From positions 62,001 through 126,000 of the forward strand of contig NW_026782650.1 in NCBI RefSeq assembly GCF_031769215.1: DNA of 64,000 bases, written 5' to 3'. Under the pieces are notes generated by a model, which was not told the origin of the DNA, did no database searches, and saw only the letters and a program-made list of their open reading frames with translations. Both the position numbers and the translations under genes were made by a program. Of the stretch, positions 58,144 to 64,000 are shown in pieces (position 1 is the stretch's first letter; every line of letters begins with the position of its first letter). The DNA comes from Ylistrum balloti. Lineage: Eukaryota.

Positions 58144-58288
58144 GTGAAATAGCAACAACAGGAAGTAGCTGTTATTTCGCGTCAAGGAGCAACAGAAGGA
58201 CAGTGCTTAACAATATATAATGTGTTGCTATTTAGAGTTGCTGTTAAGCAGTATTTTGTTGTGGTGTTAATCGGAGCAACGCGACAGC
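58144..58288. promoter_or_regulatory. Inferred bidirectional promoter with two divergent non-coding first exons (BPL_N gene / BHMT)
   Basis: Minus-strand donor CAC|GTAAGT at 58144/58143 and plus-strand donor AGC|GTAAGT at 58288/58289 flank a CpG-containing patch with an ETS-like CAGGAAGT (58159-58166). Confidence 0.45.
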
Positions 58289-59190
58289 GTAAGTAACGAA
58301 ATGGCAGATGTTAGTCACCATGCATTTGAAATGAAGTAAAACCTCGCCGTAGTGTGTCCGTGCATAAGACCGATCCTTACTGTTCATGCTGTAAACATTT
58401 ATCATACATCTATTTTTTTTATCTGAACTTGCTGCAACTTTACACAATTTCAAAAAAATAACAAAACTGAAATTTTAAGAAATTAATGCTTCCTCACATA
58501 TAGATTTCAATATATGTATGAGTATACATACACAGTTTATTTTTAAGAACTATTCTCTTCATATTACAAATACAAACAGAGCAGATACCGGACAAAAAGC
58601 CAGTTGCTCTCTGACCTTGAAGAGTTTGCATGTGCATATTACTTGCACCAAAACCCGCTCTCACACATTTGGCAAAGCGGTTACCACATATAAAGATATT
58701 CAGCCAAACAAACTTTATTCACCAGTCCTATTATATCTCACAGGGATTAACTTTGCAAACATTAGTTGATTGTTTATTATTAATTAGACTATACAAATTC
58801 GTGTCATAAACTCTTAGGATAACAAAATTGCAATTTAAAAAGTAGTCCGCTAGTGTAAGCCCTAGCAACACTATTGACAAATTAATATACAGTCTAATAG
58901 TATGCAACACTAATATATATATTACATGATAGTACAGTACAATGAGTAATTCTATGCATGATCGCCTTGTCATGCCTGAAATAAAAAAAAAAAAAAAGAC
59001 ACTGTGATAATTTACATGAAAGTCACAAATCAGTTGTACAATACATTTGAAGTTCTATTTATTGATCAAGAGGTATTTGACGTTGGGGGCATGGTCAGTT
59101 GATCATAGCGTGTTGTGTTTATTGTAGGTGATCATCGAACACGTTTTAACCCACTTTATCAAGTGCTGTCTGATACCGACATAATTGGAT

Positions 59191-62173
59191 ATGAGTAAAA
59201 AAGGTAAGTACAACTTCGGTATGGGCTGGTATTACAGCACGGTGTAACCTTATTGGGGGAACTAAGGAAAATCCAAAGTGATCGAAAGAAATGTCAAAAT
59301 TTACATGAGGAGGTGAATTAGCCCCATAATTTATCAGTTTTGTAATATGTTTACGATAGATGCAAGTTATATATAAATATTGGAGTTTGAATATATTAAT
59401 TTCAGAAAAAACGCCAAGAAAATTCGTATATTGTGAGCCGTGTCACAATTCGATTGAAAGTAAACGTAGAATGCAAATTACTTTACCACCTGTAATCTCG
59501 AAGAATACACAGAAGACACAGTTCATTTTCATCCAAATTTAGAATCAGATGAAGAAGAACTAAGCAATAAATCAAATTGCACCATACAGCTGTTTCGTCC
59601 TTCTAGGACTTGTCAGCGATGCTAAGGACCTAGATTTGTTATGCTCTGCGAAATTGCAGAGAACAATCCTTTGAACTATATACTGCAATGTCAATTTCGG
59701 TGAGTTGATAAAGCGTATTTTACACATCTTTGATACCAAGGTTTGTTGGAACGTCTACAAAATGGTGGACACGTCTTGGTAGCAGAGGGATATGTAATGG
59801 AAATAGAGAGAAGAGGATACCTACAATCGGGAGGATTTGTGCCGGAAGTTGTTTTAGAACACCCGGAAGTAGTTCAGGGATTACACCAAGAATTCATTCA
59901 CGCTGGTACTGACGTGGTGGAAGCATTAATGGTAATGTTTGATACGCTGCCATTTTTATATTTTATATTTTTTCTTTATCATTAGGGAATCAGACATGAC
60001 ACGACTTTTGAATATTCTATTTTTGTTGACATTTGGCGAGCAAAAATGGAAAATACTACAAAAATGTCATCAATGTCTTCATATCAGGTTCTGTTCATCA
60101 TATGACCTATAATTTTATCTAAATCTGAGGTACCTGACCAAGGTTTGCTTGTGCTATGCGTCTTTGGCCGCATTTTTAAAGCTACTAGTAGTACGCGTAG
60201 GGAAATATACCCCAAACCATTCTAAACATAGACAAGATCCGAACGGAAATATCCTCTCTACAATGTCGTCATTCATATTTCAGTATTTTGGACACAGGGA
60301 AAAACTTGCATCAATCGGTCGAGAAGATGACCTTGAAATGCTCAATAGAAAGGCTCTCAAAATCGCCCGACAGTTGGCTAACGAGACCGACACTCTGATG
60401 GCTGGTGGACTTTGTTGTACCACTGTATATGAAGCAGATGTCGCGGAAACACATGACAAAGTCAGGTCCATTTTCAAGGTACGTTGTTCTAGTGCGATAT
60501 TTTTATTTTAGAGGAAAACGCAACTAACATCAAAGTGTTATTGGATAGTGTAAGATATCTTTTCCGGTGGTAACGTTCTGGTTACTGTCTTCAATTGAAG
60601 TAGCGACCATGTGGACTAGGCCTATATCATCTGAACAATCACTGTCATTCAAGAAAGTCAAACGCTGAAATAATTTCCGTTGGACAAGAAATATGCTAAA
60701 ACTTATCCTGTTTAGTTCTTATTTTACAGGAACAGGTAGAGTGGGCAGTTGAGGAGGGGGCGGACTATATGATAGCGGAGACGATACACTCTTACGGGGA
60801 AGCGAAGCTAGCTCTCGAGACAATTAAGGAACACGGGAAAGGTACACATAATGTTATCATAACCACAAAAATGTATTGTTAAATGCAATTGAAAAAAAAA
60901 ATTTGATGAATATGGATCTGAGAGTTAATCAGAAAAACTATTTTCCTTAATCTATTTCTAATTGTAATACAGGAATTCCTGCTGTAATAACTCTCACGTG
61001 TTTAATTCCGGACGAGACGACTGATGGTGTGCCAATAGCAGAGGCTTGCCGTAGACTAGAGGAAGCTGGAGCGGCAGTAGTGGGCCTCAACTGTGGGCGT
61101 GGCCCAAGAACCATGCTTCCGGCCCTAAAAGAAATTAGAAAGTTATGCAAGGTGAGTAGGTAAATGAAGGGAACATTCGTCTTATTTAATCTATTTTTAT
61201 GCCCTTGTCTTCCAGAACGGTAGTAATATGTACATAACGCCAGTATTAATCTTGTTCTCAAGTTATTGTTATCAATCTAAAATGACTGTTAAGAATTCTT
61301 ACTGTTTTTTCAGGGTCCAATTGCTGCTCTTCCCGTGGTTTACAGGACGAGGGAGGATTGCCGTACTTGGCACTCGCTGAAGGATCCAGAAACCGGTGTG
61401 TACATACTATTTGATAAGTTATGCCAAGCCACAGCGCTTGTTATACTATTCTTTATTTGATAGAAATGACACAGGAAAGCAATTCATTGTCAATAGTCTT
61501 ACAAACAGTATTTGTTGCATTTGAGAGGAGGGAAGCGATCTTCTAGCTTAACACTATTCTCTATTGAATGGTAATCACTTCTCCATAAAAACGTTGTAAA
61601 AGCTTTAGCTCTGGTAGTTTGACGATTTCATTTTGATCCCTACATTTAATCAAACTTTAACTTTGCTGGAATAGAAGTTGTAATTCTGTAAAAAAAAAAA
61701 AAAAAAAACCAATTCATTTATGTTATCAAATATTTTAAAGGATAGGATGTTCTTCACGTTGAGATTTCATATAGTAATAGCATTCCCGATTTTCAATGCT
61801 CTTCTTTTGACAGGTGGAATATTTAGCTTTTTGTGCCTTGTCATTTCCAATATCATACGCTAAAAGTATATTGAATTTGAAGGAATTTGCTTATTCTTTG
61901 ATAGGAAAACATATTTATCCGAAAAACCTGGCTTGTGTAATGAGTAGCCGAGATGACATTCGCGAATTTGCGGAGGAGGCAAAGGCAATCGGAGTGAACT
62001 ACATTGGGCTTTGCTGCGGGAATGCCCCATTTTACTTTAGGGAGTTGGCAGAAGTTTACGAGCGAAAACCAGAAGCTTGCAAATATTCACCAGATCTTTC
62101 ACAAAGCGTGCTGTTGGAGAGTACCAACGCATCTTTCCAAAAGTTGAGGGAATATGCGTTTGGAAAGAATTAA
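59191..62173 (+). CDS. BHMT: Betaine-homocysteine S-methyltransferase-like (homocysteine S-methyltransferase family), 346 aa
   Basis: Exons 59191-59203, 59741-59931, 60284-60478, 60730-60841, 60973-61151, 61314-61395, 61905-62173 (1041 nt, GT-AG, in frame). Motifs [45 protein letters not shown] and YIGLCCGN; the last two hold the Zn-ligand Cys equivalents of human C217/C299/C300. Confidence 0.92.
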
Positions 62174-62609
62174 AAAGTAAAGATTGCTTCTTCATTAAAA
62201 TAATATCAGACTACAATTCGAATGTTTTCCTTTTAATATGATAAATACATTTAGCACAAAACAGCCTGTTCTGACATGCAATATACCGATGTCGTGACTT
62301 TCGTTAGAAACCACTTGTAATTACTCTAATATGATCAAAGGCGCCAAAATATTATTGACAGTAAAAAATGTCCTGTTCGGCTTGAAGTTTGTAACATAAT
62401 ATGTAAGCGATTTTATATTTTTGTTTATTTGCCCTTGGAAATCATCAATATAATCTTCAACCTGTGTTTATATCATGTTCGTTGTATCAGACTCATTCAA
62501 AACTTTAATACAACACACGTGTATACCACATCATAACCCGTTGGTTTGAATGTCCACTCAAGGTATATACATTTATTTGAATTGTAAATCATGTGATTGA
62601 GAAGTAATC

Positions 62610-64000
62610 CAAGCTCTTTATTTCAATAATATTCTCTATTCATCGTATACTTATACAGTTCATTGATACAACATTTGTATTAAGAATGATTACATTTTTC
62701 AGGTAATTCCATTATTTTCTATTAAATAATTATGTCGGCTTAATTTGATTTCGCAAGGTATAAATTTTCCTTAATCATATAGTTCTTTTATGTTAGAAGA
62801 TGATAAAAAAATAACTAATTTAATTACAGGAGGACTCGAACGATAGTGAAACTTGCTATAAGTTTATCTCAGATCATTGTAGAAAGGACAGGGTGAATTT
62901 AAAGGATATTCGTTGTCGAAATAATGACGACATACAGAACAATTACGTAGTTGGCGAGGATCATTCCTTTGTCTGCCAGATTCGATGAGAAGACAATGCA
63001 AAGATAAACGTATTTTTACGGTAACATTTTATAATTAATATTGATAGGGTTTGAAAGATAGGTTTACAATGTTTAACGATTTACAACGTGCTTATATTTA
63101 ATACATTTAGGAGACGAGGCAAAAACTTATTCCACACTATTGCTTGAAAATGTCCTTCAAATGTTGTTTTACAATAGTCCCAAGATCGTGTTTGACTTTC
63201 GCAACCCAGTTTTTACAATACGGGTTAGTCCTACATTCGCCGTACATGAACTCGTAATATCCTCTTAAAATACAATTATTGGTAGAGATTATCTCACACC
63301 AATTCTTAAATATTATTTATTTACGAAAAAGAAACTACGGAACTCTCTCAAGTTTTAAGTATACTATAAAGTTTGGTGTGGTCGACCGTTTAACCCCAAG
63401 AATGTTTTCACAAAAATCTGATTGTGTCTTCTCTAAATCGGGGGCGGTATCGAATCCCCATACGTAGCTACTGTAACTAGCAACCCTTCTAAATATGTGT
63501 CAAAGGGACTTATTGATGTGGAGAAATTCCAGTACATAGGTACACAAATCTTTTGCCGTGCGAATAATGCTTTCCTACTTTGAGATGCTAACTGTTTTTG
63601 CGATGCATTAAAGTTACCGTTCGATGTAGCAGCAAGCTAAGGTAACAAATACTATTTACATTTTCAAGCAACTGATCATTGAAGTACCATTGTGATAATC
63701 GTCCTGACTAACGAGAAACCACAATTTTGGTTTCAGATACATTAACAGCCAGACACCACTTTTCATTGTAGTTATCATGTTTGTCCAGCATAGCCTGTAA
63801 ACCATGTATACTTTCAGAAAATAAAACCATATCATCTGCGTACAATAATAAATATAGTGACAAGTCTTGTAATTCAAGCGACTGTATACCGGCGTGTAAG
63901 AGTTCAGATTCACAATCGTTAACAGTTAAGATAACAGAATTGGTGATATAACCTCCGTTTGTAAAACCCCGGTCCTGTTATTTCCTTTTAAAATAAGATA
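62610..64000 (-). mobile_element. Decayed non-LTR retrotransposon (LINE), 3' part of ORF2; extends beyond window end
   Basis: LYLLLYADDMVLFSESIHGLQAMLD...KWCLAVNVSETKIVV (YADD at 63842-63831). Then ...VWGFDTAPDLEK...ILGVKRST... and a C-terminal ESGRQRNDPRQLRNCSVC...CPFYNDLR cysteine-rich motif. Multiple stops and frameshifts. AATAAA-like tail near 62615. Confidence 0.88.

Noticed and set aside
58731-58977. Minus-strand acceptor followed by an 80-aa ORF
   Set aside because: Low-complexity AT-rich translation with no downstream donor or domain; at most an antisense non-coding exon.
61814-61904. Upstream extension or alternative acceptor of the last BHMT exon
   Set aside because: Using the AG at 61813 hits TAA in the required phase; the acceptor at 61904 gives the correct frame.
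63437-63460. B-box-like GGTATCGAATCCCC suggesting a tRNA or SINE
   Set aside because: No A-box or cloverleaf; it is the antisense of LINE ORF2 (WGFDTAP).

Overview
AT-rich, intron-rich animal genomic DNA, most likely a bivalve mollusc and probably an oyster (inferred from Helentron-associated repeats and gene style; not proven). I reconstructed exons by hand from GT/GC-AG sites and reading-frame continuity. Seven multi-exon genes: a BRWD/PHIP-family WD40 gene (5' part, minus), DHDDS (plus), a PhyH-family 2OG-Fe(II) dioxygenase (plus), NUDC (minus), an uncharacterised 354-aa protein (plus), a stand-alone BPL_N/GATase-like gene with a reading-frame break (minus) and a BHMT (plus). Two pairs are clearly head-to-head and a third is inferred. 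The most unusual item is an intronless 256-aa gene nested antisense in intron 4 of the dioxygenase. It has a His...Cys pattern resembling permuted papain-like (PPPDE/LRAT) enzymes and a C-terminal tail anchor. A decayed duplicate lies about 6 kb away, abutting a Mutator-like element. Other mobile DNA: a TA-flanked pogo-like element carrying a divergent HIRAN-domain remnant, a solo LTR with a 4-bp TSD, Helentron-type (HINE) elements and LINE remnants. There are five minisatellites and no CRISPR, rRNA or convincing tRNA. No database searches were run, so all family calls rest on motif recognition.
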